From: an uncultured virus (IMG/VR IMGVR_UViG_3300008448_000047)
Taxonomy: Duplodnaviria; Heunggongvirae; Uroviricota; Caudoviricetes
Strand: one strand, 5' to 3'
Virus record (IMG/VR): IMGVR_UViG_3300008448_000047
Length of the DNA stretch: 64,000 bases
Numbering within the stretch: position 1 is the stretch's first letter; the number at the start of each line of letters is the position of its first letter. Shown here one piece after another: positions 29,111-37,251 of this stretch. The notes beneath the pieces were generated by a model, which saw nothing but the letters and a program-made list of their open reading frames with translations, did no database searches and was not told where the DNA came from. The translations under genes were made by a program, and so were the position numbers.

Positions 29111-29652
29111 CCAACAACCAAAACAACCGAGCAAGCCCGCCGTGTGCCCCCCGCACGGCGGGCTTTGCTTTGCCCGTGTGCCTGTGACCTTGACCCTTGC
29201 CCGTGGTGCGCCGTCTTCCGCCACCGTCAAAGTAAGTGAGATGGGGGCGAGAGCCCCGCTACCCCGCCCCCATCAAGCTCAGCTCAGCTCGACGGGCACG
29301 CTCAGCTCGAGGATTTTCTGCGTTTGTTTTTTGAAAAAGTCACGCTGCGTGGTCAAAGTTTGTCAAAACTCACGGAGAGTGGTCATTTTTGCTCGACTTT
29401 ACTTTTTAGTTCGAGAAAAAGCAAGCGAAGAGGGCCAACTTCCGGCTTTCTGGCCAGATGTCCCTGGCAGCCCCGATGCGGCCGCACGGCCGTCCGGGAC
29501 TTCTGCCCAGATGGCATCGCCAGACGGAGTTGCTCAGGTTGTCCATCGCTCTTGCTCGGTCAAGCCAAACTCGTGCTCGTCTCGGTGTGACACACGACAC
29601 GTTGCGACTGTGGCGTACAGGGTGTAGTTTGCTATTACCTAAGGAGGGGTTT

Positions 29653-29865
29653 ATGCCGGAGTTCTATCCGGAAGAAACCAAAGTCCAAAAGTCAAAACGA
29701 TTTGCTAAATCCCAAGGAAAGATAGTAAAAGCATTTAGTCACACAAAGTGTGGTAGGTGCGGAACCATCATTGGTGAAGGCGTTGAGTGTATTTGGCTCA
29801 ATGGAAAAGGTTGCTTCCACAAGCAAGGCGAATGTCCAAAGAAAGAAGAACAACAAGAAGAATGA
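29653..29865 (+). CDS. Small zinc-binding protein
   Basis: AAGGAGG RBS; CGRC...HxxxxC; CRP-box promoter at 29586. Confidence 0.7.
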   Translation: MPEFYPEETKVQKSKRFAKSQGKIVKAFSHTKCGRCGTIIGEGVECIWLNGKGCFHKQGECPKKEEQQEE

Positions 29866-29912
29866 CAGCGTTGATAGTTGCGCTGGCAGTTCTTTTATTG
29901 TTGGCAATCTGA
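29862..29912 (+). CDS. Hydrophobic micropeptide MTALIVALAVLLLLAI
   Basis: ATGA overlap; followed by terminator. Confidence 0.65.
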   Translation: MTALIVALAVLLLLAI

Positions 29913-30413
29913 ACGAAAGCCCGTCACAGAAATGTGGCGGGTTTTTTTGTGCCCGTCTTCCACCACCGTCAATGTAAATGAGACTGGGTCATCAGCCCCG
30001 CTGCTAACCCAGTTGATGTCCAGCATCTGAGTTCCTCACGACGTACGACATCGGATTATCAACTTTGTTTTCTTTTGTTTTTTGGAAAACGCTCACTCTG
30101 CGTGGTCGGAAAGTCAAAAAGTTCACGGAAAGTGGCAAAAACGAAGCGAAAGTCAAGTTCTTTGGAGTTTTTTGCTTGGCGCAAGCCCCCGTCGCTCACC
30201 CGTCGTACGTGCGATGGGTTTTCCCCGCGGTAGCCCCGTTTACCCAGTGCGGGGAAACGGGACTGTTCCGTGGTTTCTGGCCCTGGACGGCCCGGCGGCC
30301 CGGAAGTCGGACTGGCGCAGCGCAACTCGGACTGACCTGAGGCTCGGCTGTGACAAACGACACTTTGACATTTGCGCTTGACACCTGTAGCCTGTAGGCA
30401 AGAAGGGGGGGAA

Positions 30414-30581
30414 ATGAAGTTTTATGCCAACATCACGCTCAACATAGATGAGTTTGATGCAGATAACGAAGAAAAAGCAAAAGAAATAATAGATTCGTAC
30501 ATCACAAGCCTTGCAAACACTGAAGATGAAAGTCTTTCGTGGCAAGAAATGAACTACGAAGTGAAAGAAGCCACTGAATGA
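30414..30581 (+). CDS. Small acidic hypothetical protein
   Basis: CRP-box promoter at 30349 (TTGACA-17-TAGCCT); RBS. Confidence 0.65.
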   Translation: MKFYANITLNIDEFDADNEEKAKEIIDSYITSLANTEDESLSWQEMNYEVKEATE

Positions 30582-30634
30582 GCATCGCCATTACGGCGTT
30601 TACTCTTTTTTTGTTGTTCTCCGCCGTGAACTAA
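30578..30634 (+). CDS. Hydrophobic micropeptide MSIAITAFTLFLLFSAVN
   Basis: ATGA overlap; followed by terminator. Confidence 0.6.
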   Translation: MSIAITAFTLFLLFSAVN

Positions 30635-30845
30635 GAACCGCCCGTCCCTGAAAGGGGGCGGGTTTTTCTTTTCCCCGTCTTCCGCCACCGTCGTAAAAGT
30701 GCCATCACGAAGGTCGTGAGCCCCGCTGATTTACCAGATGCTCGTGTCTGGTTCGCCAGACAAACCGTGAACTTCGGCGACTCCAACTCGTGCCTGTGAC
30801 AAACAACACTTGACACTCCTTGTGCTGTTCAGTACACTCGCCCGT

Positions 30846-31130
30846 ATGCAAATAATCACCACTATCAACGAACCGATACCTTTTATCGGAACGGTTGATG
30901 AAATGTTAGCCAACTACAACACTCACCTATGGTGGCAAGACCCCGAATCGTGGGAATCGGTATGTGACCGCTGCGCCTGTAAAGGTTGGCACAAGGCTGC
31001 CAAGTATCCGTGTGGGACAGAGCCACCTCGCCGTGATGTCGTTGTGTGGGTTGATGCAGAAGGTAATCAGCATCGCAACCACCCGACCCTTGCTGCTTTG
31101 GGTATCGCTAGCGATGAGATTGTAGAGTGA
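30846..31130 (+). CDS. Hypothetical Cys/His protein, probably leaderless
   Basis: CRP-box promoter at 30795 (TTGACA-17-TACACT); ATG 7 nt after -10. Confidence 0.65.
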   Translation: MQIITTINEPIPFIGTVDEMLANYNTHLWWQDPESWESVCDRCACKGWHKAAKYPCGTEPPRRDVVVWVDAEGNQHRNHPTLAALGIASDEIVE

Positions 31131-31177
31131 CCGCTGTCATTTTGACGGTTGCTGTTTTCTTGCTGCTTGCTGTCTAG
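31127..31177 (+). CDS. Hydrophobic micropeptide MTAVILTVAVFLLLAV
   Basis: GTGA overlap; followed by terminator. Confidence 0.65.
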   Translation: MTAVILTVAVFLLLAV

Positions 31178-31800
31178 TAGATAATCCACTTGCCGCCCTG
31201 CTTAGTCGTGGGGCGGCTTTGTGCTGCCCGTAATCGCCTCGCATCGCCGTCTCTCTGCCCGTCTCGGCGACTTGCGGCTTGATGGTGTCCCTAAATACCC
31301 TGCTTCCAACCTGAGCCTTTCTAGATGTCTAGCGTTGCTCAAAGTTGGAACATCTCAGCCCGTCTTCCGCCACCGTCAGTTTATTGCGGGTAGTCGCGGG
31401 GCTCTCGAGCGCCAGCCGCACGGGGAGTTGCACGGGCGGCAGACCTCAGATGGCATCGGCTTTCGGGCAGTTTTTCGGTTTTCTTATTTTTTTAGAAACT
31501 GAAAAACCCGAAATCCTTTATTTTGGCGACTTCACGAACTTGACTTTTGAGTTTTTCGTGTTATGTTGGCAAACTTTGCCACACCCCCTTCTTCCGCCCG
31601 CGTTAGCCCCGTAAAGCTCGAAGAGCTGCACGGGACTGTCAGTCTTCTGGACGACGGAGTTGTTCTTCGGCTTCGGCTTGTTGCTGGCTCGGCTTGGAAC
31701 TTCGGAAGGCTTCGCAACTTTCTTTTCGGAAAGACTTGACATCGTGCCTTGTTGCTTGTAAGGTACAGGGTGGGTGGAGTGCCTAGCGAAAGGAAATGCT

Positions 31801-31998
31801 ATGTACTACTTCGTACGCTCGTGCGTGCGCTGGGGTTTACTAATGCTCACTCTTACTCTTGCTGTTTTTGGTTGTTCCAAACTCGCAAGCATAGATGAGA
31901 CGGAAATACCTGAGTGCGAGTACTTTCACTATCCCTGCCCGTGGGATACGACAGTACCCGACCCTTATTTTGACCCAACAACAGAGATAGGGGGGTGA
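31801..31998 (+). CDS. Small membrane protein with CEYFHYPC motif
   Basis: TTGACA-17-TAAGGT promoter, AAGGA RBS; paralog at 28016. Confidence 0.7.
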   Translation: MYYFVRSCVRWGLLMLTLTLAVFGCSKLASIDETEIPECEYFHYPCPWDTTVPDPYFDPTTEIGG

Positions 31999-31999
31999 G

Positions 32000-32053
32000 A
32001 TGGTTGCCGTTGTGGTTGCTTTGACAGTTTTTGCTTTATTGTCGGTTGGATAA
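32000..32053 (+). CDS. Hydrophobic micropeptide MVAVVVALTVFALLSVG
   Basis: Starts 1 nt after upstream stop, GGGGGTG RBS; followed by terminator. Confidence 0.6.
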   Translation: MVAVVVALTVFALLSVG

Positions 32054-32219
32054 ATACCCGAACACGGGGGCGCATCGTTATTCGGTGCGCCCCTTTTGTT
32101 TTGCCCGAACTCAGCAACCTGCTTGGGTGTTTTTTCTGCTTCGCAGTCCCGGCTCCAAACAAGAGCCTTGTTTGAAGCCCCGGAGTTGTTATTTTGTGTT
32201 GTCGCCGTAGAATCTACAT

Positions 32220-32564
32220 ATGCCAACACAGAAACTCTGGTCGGACCGCCACCCGGATTATGGAGTGCCTTATAAGGTCATCCAAAGAAATTCCTGGGCC
32301 GAAACCATTTTGAGCTACGCAGCTTTTACCGTGCGAGTCCGTCCACCCGGATATTTCACACATGATAGTTACTGCGAGTTCAGGATGGGAAACCTGCCGC
32401 GCAAAGAGTCATTCCAGTCAGCCATCAAGAAGCTTGTTGGTCTGGGGTATTTAATCGAGACATCGCCAGGTAGCTACCAAATAACATCAAAGGGGCTAGA
32501 CGCCAACCTGCGCATCTCGAGACGAAACGCTAAAGCGCGTAACCGCATTGCCGACGAGGATTAA
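32220..32564 (+). CDS. Winged-helix-like hypothetical protein
   Basis: AIKKLVGLGYLI...YQITSKG. Confidence 0.6.
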   Translation: MPTQKLWSDRHPDYGVPYKVIQRNSWAETILSYAAFTVRVRPPGYFTHDSYCEFRMGNLPRKESFQSAIKKLVGLGYLIETSPGSYQITSKGLDANLRISRRNAKARNRIADED

Positions 32565-32878
32565 TACTTTCTCCACTCGCCTTCGTTGTCGTCGTTGCCA
32601 TCCCAGTAGGTACAGACACTTCCTAAATGCTTTGCGGCAACGTCGATGGCGGGGAACTGCTTGGAGAGAGCCTCGTGCAAGTTTTCCAGCCACCCGGCAC
32701 ACCATATGTCTTCTGACATGTAAGCCATGAGGCGTGGCATCATCCATCTGACCGCCTGGAGTAGTTCGAGGTACTCAATTGTATGCGGGTCATTTTTGTA
32801 GCCAGCATTAAGAGCCACGTGCAGTTCGGTCCAAGACCGTGCTACGTCTTCAGGGTCATAAAAACGCTCTTCGCTCAT
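32561..32878 (-). CDS. Hypothetical protein
   Basis: AAGGA RBS; MSEDIWCAGW. Confidence 0.65.
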   Translation of the reverse strand: MSEERFYDPEDVARSWTELHVALNAGYKNDPHTIEYLELLQAVRWMMPRLMAYMSEDIWCAGWLENLHEALSKQFPAIDVAAKHLGSVCTYWDGNDDNEGEWRKY

Positions 32879-32916
32879 TGTTTTTTATTCCTTAGCGGAT
32901 TAGAATTGATATCGCA

Positions 32917-34872
32917 ATGGATGATAGCACTCTCTTTTTATGGGACGACCACCTAGCGGCGTCCTTCCCTTATAACGCTGAGCAAGTAGCGCAGGTGAAA
33001 GCTGTGCCGGGGGCAAAGTGGGACAAGGTCGCCAAAGTATGGCGCATACCGATGACCAGTCTTCATGAAGCCAGGGTGTTTGCCGAACTACATCGGTTCA
33101 AAATCGATAACGAAGTTCTCAAGTTCAACCTGCCGGAGTCAACCAACAAGGCTCAGGGTGTTTATGTCGACGATGATTGGGTGTACCTAAGTTTCAATTA
33201 CGACCCGGTAAAGGTTCGGTCGGTTAAATCGTTGCCATCAGTAACATGGCACCCACCAACCAAAGCGTGGCGTGTACCGCTTGCTGCCATCCACGACGCC
33301 ATCGCATGGGCAGAGAAGTTCGATGAACCCATAGCCGAACGTGTTCGAGCTATTGCTGGGGTTATGGAGCGGAGCAAAAACGAAACCATTGCGGCGTCAC
33401 GAGCAAAAGATGCGGAAATCGAAATACCAGGACTGCAGGGCAACCTTCTGCCGTACCAGCGAGCCGGAGTTAAGTATGCCGCCAATGCGCGTCGTTGTTT
33501 TATCGCAGACGACATGGGGCTTGGAAAAACCATGCAGGCCATCGCTACTCTTGAATACGTTCACGATTCCTACCCAGCCGTAGTTGTATGTCCTCCGACA
33601 CTGGTGCTCAACTGGGCTAAGGAGTACGAGAAGTGGCTCCCACACAGACGGGTTGCAACGGTAACAAACCGCAAGGACCTGCCGGAGCCGGGCACTTATG
33701 ATGTTGTCGTTGTGGGGTATAGCAATATTGACCACTGGCAAAACCATCTTAAGGGCCATCGGTCATATGTGTATGACGAGAGCCACTACGCAAAGACGCC
33801 AACAGCAAAACGTACCAAGGCGGCCATAAAGATGGCGCGTTCCGCTCCCAAAGAAGGAATAGTTCTGTGTCTAACCGGCACGCCAATCACAAACCGACCA
33901 GCCGAATACGCGGCTCAGCTTGACATCTTAGGTAACCTAAACAAATTCGGTGGCCTATGGGGTTTCTACCGACGATACTGTGCGGCTTTCCGTGACAGAT
34001 TCGGGCAGTGGCACATCGACGGCTCGTCTCACCTTGATGAACTCAACGACATGCTGCGTAGTCAGTGCTACATCCGTCGTATTAAAGCCGATGTTCTCGA
34101 AGAGCTGCCGCCAGTTCGCCACTCAAAGATTGTCGTTGCGCCCAACCCGACAGCCATGGCCGAGTACACCAAAGCCGAAGATGACATTATTGAATACATG
34201 GCCAATCGCGCTAAAGAGTTGGCTAAAGAACTCGGCAAGTCTCCATATTCCGCTGCTGTCGTAGCCCGCATCAAAGCAGAGTCAAACGAACACCTAGTTC
34301 GCATTTCTGTTCTGCGCCGACTAGCCGCAAAAGCGAAGATGGATACAGTCTTTGAGTGGATTGATGGCAAGCTGGCCGGTGGCGACAAGGTTGTTGTCGC
34401 TGCACATCACCGCGAAATTGTCGACCTCATTGCAAAGAAGTATGGGGGCTTGAAAATTCAGGGTGGCATGAAGGTAGAAGAAGTCGAAGAGAACAAGCGC
34501 ATCTTCCAAGCTGAATCCATTGACGAAGCACCCGTGATGGTGCTCTCGATTCAGGCTGCCAAGACAGGTCACACACTCACGGCAGCACAGGATGTTGTCT
34601 TTGTAGAAATGCCATGGACACCTGCTGATGTTGACCAGACCTACAGTCGGTGCCATCGCCTTGGGCAGAAAGGCTCAGTGATGTCCACATACATTCTTGC
34701 CGAGGGAACTATCGACGAAAAGATTTATGGTCTTATCGAATCAAAGCGCGACGTTGTGAATCAAGCAACCGAAGGTAGCGATGTAGAATTTAGTGATGGA
34801 AACCAACAGCTTGTGCTCGATTTCCTTGCCGAAGGCCTGCGCCGGAGCAAGATGAATGGAGTGGATGGATGA
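32917..34872 (+). CDS. SNF2-family helicase with two N-terminal HARP-like domains
   Basis: ADDMGLGKT, DESH, LTGTP, SRCHRLGQ; two F.Y....V..VK..P...W....K.WR.P repeats. Confidence 0.9.
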   Translation: MDDSTLFLWDDHLAASFPYNAEQVAQVKAVPGAKWDKVAKVWRIPMTSLHEARVFAELHRFKIDNEVLKFNLPESTNKAQGVYVDDDWVYLSFNYDPVKVRSVKSLPSVTWHPPTKAWRVPLAAIHDAIAWAEKFDEPIAERVRAIAGVMERSKNETIAASRAKDAEIEIPGLQGNLLPYQRAGVKYAANARRCFIADDMGLGKTMQAIATLEYVHDSYPAVVVCPPTLVLNWAKEYEKWLPHRRVATVTNRKDLPEPGTYDVVVVGYSNIDHWQNHLKGHRSYVYDESHYAKTPTAKRTKAAIKMARSAPKEGIVLCLTGTPITNRPAEYAAQLDILGNLNKFGGLWGFYRRYCAAFRDRFGQWHIDGSSHLDELNDMLRSQCYIRRIKADVLEELPPVRHSKIVVAPNPTAMAEYTKAEDDIIEYMANRAKELAKELGKSPYSAAVVARIKAESNEHLVRISVLRRLAAKAKMDTVFEWIDGKLAGGDKVVVAAHHREIVDLIAKKYGGLKIQGGMKVEEVEENKRIFQAESIDEAPVMVLSIQAAKTGHTLTAAQDVVFVEMPWTPADVDQTYSRCHRLGQKGSVMSTYILAEGTIDEKIYGLIESKRDVVNQATEGSDVEFSDGNQQLVLDFLAEGLRRSKMNGVDG

Positions 34873-35035
34873 CGCCGAGTGGGAAACCGAGTGGCAAATC
34901 TTTTTCATGCTTGAAAACGGGCTTGTTGAATATTTGGGAGACAATGATGACGGTGAGCCTCTCTTTAGGATTACCCCAGCGTTTCTTGAATTCTCACGCA
35001 TAATCGTTGATATGTTTGACGACGATGAAGATTAA
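34865..35035 (+). CDS. Small acidic hypothetical protein (56 aa)
   Basis: GGAG RBS; GLVEYLGDNDDGEPLFRIT resembles 49209..49406. Confidence 0.55.
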   Translation: MDDAEWETEWQIFFMLENGLVEYLGDNDDGEPLFRITPAFLEFSRIIVDMFDDDED

Positions 35036-35465
35036 TAAGAAGAGCGCGCCACAGCGTAATGTCGTTGACATCATAAAGACCGGAAGCTGGGGAAACGTTG
35101 AGTATCTCCATAGACTCGAATGTGGACACACGGAGATACGTAAGCGACATGCGTCCACGAGCGCTATCTCATGCACCGGGTGCGTCAAGGCGCAAATAGC
35201 TCAAGAAACCCTAACTCAGCTCGCTGTAAAGCCAACCGTCTTTGTGGACGTTGCTGACATACACGATGAACTTGCTACAGAAATCGCATCATACGAGCAA
35301 GACATTGGACGAACCAGGGCTTCTTTGGCGGCAGCACTTGGGGTTACTGTGGCGGATGTTGAGTTGATTGTTACCGAAAGCGATAACGGGTCACTAAGCG
35401 TCTCTCAGGCGATGGTTTTTCTCGGACCTTCAGCTATCAACAATCTCATCAAATCGGTCAAGTGA
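35025..35465 (+). CDS. Hypothetical protein with zinc-binding motif
   Basis: LECGH...CTGC. Confidence 0.6.
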   Translation: MKINKKSAPQRNVVDIIKTGSWGNVEYLHRLECGHTEIRKRHASTSAISCTGCVKAQIAQETLTQLAVKPTVFVDVADIHDELATEIASYEQDIGRTRASLAAALGVTVADVELIVTESDNGSLSVSQAMVFLGPSAINNLIKSVK

Positions 35466-36581
35466 CTCGTCTATTTGTGCCTGAATTGTGTACGCACGAG
35501 TGCCCGGCCCAATAGGGGTCACAGAACTGATGTTGAACTCATGGATGAGAAGGTTGCGTACTAACCAATGCAACGGGTAAGAGCGCGGGTCCTTGTTGTG
35601 TTTCTTGCGGAACTCTGAACAGTAAGCCATGGCTCTGTTGCGGAGGCCAGGAGTAACTACGTTCTCCTCAATGCAACGACGAACACCTTCCCAACCACCA
35701 GATGCGTACTGCATGATTCTGGCATCTAGGTCGTAGTCTGCCCAGAGTCGCCGTTGGGCGTCGATGTGGGGGAAGCATTCATAGAGTCGGTCATAGAAAT
35801 CTGGCTCCGTACGGCAGACATCATTGAGTCTTCGAATTGCCACAGCATGGAGAGGTATACCAACCCGGGTATTAGACCCTGTAAGTGCAGCGAGGTCATA
35901 GTACTCACAGTACGACGCACCGTGCTCCTCAGTAATGAATTTAAGCACATCATCGGTTGTCCAGTCATATATAACTTTAGCAAACCGAAGAGGTATGTTT
36001 TTCTTCATCTTGTAGGGCGTCACGATGTAGTTCTCGTGGAGCTTTTGCACGCACGAGCGATAGCGAATCATTGATTCATTTGCACGAACACCCGTGATGA
36101 ACGCGACTCGACCCTTCTTGCCCTGCATTGTGTAGTAGTCGATTGACTGTGGCAGCACTTCTTTGCGGTCTAGGCCAAAATGTTCTGCTGTGATTGCCCA
36201 AGGTGGCATCTCGCGGACCAATCGCCCTTGCGATTCGCGGTATGGAGACCAAAGCAAGCAGTACTCTCGGCGTCCAAGAACCCACACCTCTTGACCTGAT
36301 GGCAAGCAATACCACTCCATGTCAACCCAGTCGTAGTTGCGTACTTCTTCAATAAACTTCACTACAGCAGGAGAGACCATCTCTTCGTCGCGAAAGATAA
36401 CTTTCACGGGCCCAAGACCACGCTCTTCGTGTATCTCCTTGGCGAGGTACAGCACAGCCGTGCTGTCTTTCCCGCCGGAGAACTGGACGCATACAGTGTC
36501 AAACGTGTCGTACACATGGCGCATACGCTCTCGCGCTGCATCTACACAGTTGATATCAAGGAATAATCGTTGGCGTGTCAT
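35430..36581 (-). CDS. PAPS-reductase-family (IbrA/YbdN-like PP-loop) protein
   Basis: FSGGKDS, FRDEE, GVRANES..R, IYDW...DV. Confidence 0.85.
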   Translation of the reverse strand: MTRQRLFLDINCVDAARERMRHVYDTFDTVCVQFSGGKDSTAVLYLAKEIHEERGLGPVKVIFRDEEMVSPAVVKFIEEVRNYDWVDMEWYCLPSGQEVWVLGRREYCLLWSPYRESQGRLVREMPPWAITAEHFGLDRKEVLPQSIDYYTMQGKKGRVAFITGVRANESMIRYRSCVQKLHENYIVTPYKMKKNIPLRFAKVIYDWTTDDVLKFITEEHGASYCEYYDLAALTGSNTRVGIPLHAVAIRRLNDVCRTEPDFYDRLYECFPHIDAQRRLWADYDLDARIMQYASGGWEGVRRCIEENVVTPGLRNRAMAYCSEFRKKHNKDPRSYPLHWLVRNLLIHEFNISSVTPIGPGTRAYTIQAQIDESLDRFDEIVDS

Positions 36582-37000
36582 GCCGACACTATTTCTGGCC
36601 AGACGTATGGTGCTTCTGGGTCATCCGTCCACCCCCATTGGGAATAAAAAGACGGGTCTTTGCGGAGAAGATTAGAGCGGTGTGAACTGTGTACAGATTC
36701 ATCTCCCCACCAGAATGGCAGGTCAGTAGCGTCTGCTTCTCCATAAGAAAGAAGCTTGTCACGACACGTGTCTTTGTAGCCAAGGTCAAGCCATGCATCA
36801 CACATAGCGACTCCATAGGCAATCAACCCGTTGACATTGTCTGCCCACATCTTCGCAGCAGGATGGTTTTTCCACCCGAGTGACACTTCAAGGTTGCAAC
36901 GGACGAGCTGAAGAGTCTCAACACGTTGCTTGCCAAGACGGCGGTAGTCAAGAACCTTTGCTGACTTCTGAAAGTCTGCGTAAGGAACAAATGTTTGCAT
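36578..37000 (-). CDS. Pyrimidine-dimer DNA glycosylase/endonuclease V-like (MSMEG_6728-like) protein
   Basis: MQTF.PY.DF..SA..LD.RRLGKQRVE; HPA..MW; H.SHRSNLLRKDP..Y. Confidence 0.8.
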   Translation of the reverse strand: MQTFVPYADFQKSAKVLDYRRLGKQRVETLQLVRCNLEVSLGWKNHPAAKMWADNVNGLIAYGVAMCDAWLDLGYKDTCRDKLLSYGEADATDLPFWWGDESVHSSHRSNLLRKDPSFYSQWGWTDDPEAPYVWPEIVSA

Positions 37001-37251
37001 TACCCCTCCTGGGTGTTAATAGCGCGCAGTTTTGAGTATGCGTGTTGGTAAGCCTGTTCAAGGCTGTCTCCGGGCTCACACTTTGTAGTTGTTCCTGTCG
37101 TGAGACTATGAGCATGGATTGTGAACTTGTTATTAGAAAAATGGATGACGTACTCATAGTTGTTGAGAACAAACCACTTTGTGTATTGAGTAACGGTAGA
37201 GCTGTCGCTAGAAACATACTCTTTGTGGCCGTGGCCGTATTCGACAGGCAT
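37000..37251 (-). CDS. Hypothetical protein
   Basis: AAGGA RBS; TAATG coupling. Confidence 0.6.
   Translation of the reverse strand: MPVEYGHGHKEYVSSDSSTVTQYTKWFVLNNYEYVIHFSNNKFTIHAHSLTTGTTTKCEPGDSLEQAYQHAYSKLRAINTQEG

Larger units (their letters stand above)
14703..31377 (+). repeat. Dispersed co-oriented 15-bp repeat (motif A) TCTTCCRCCACCGT(C/A), 16 copies
   Basis: Starts at 14703, 15415, 16085, 16974, 19150, 19852, 23397, 24188, 25703, 26412, 27290, 28533, 29214, 29956, 30678, 31363; all on + strand. Confidence 0.95.

Noticed and set aside
14703..31377. Motif A as a CRISPR array or integron attC array
   Set aside because: Spacing is 0.7-3.5 kb with whole genes between, the motif is short and non-palindromic, and no cas or integrase gene is in the window
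15415..31377. Motif A as a minus-strand sigma-A promoter (TTGACG -35) making antisense RNA to the micropeptides
   Set aside because: No consistent TAnnnT at 16-18 bp in the copies checked (e.g. CAAAAA, AAAGAA, GAGATG); an alternative sigma factor is not excluded
23205..31742. ORF-track calls crossing the repeat spacers (e.g. 23205..23537, 25586..25936, 29142..29627, 30059..30384, 31221..31742)
   Set aside because: They span promoters, terminators and repeat elements, lack RBS and have atypical composition
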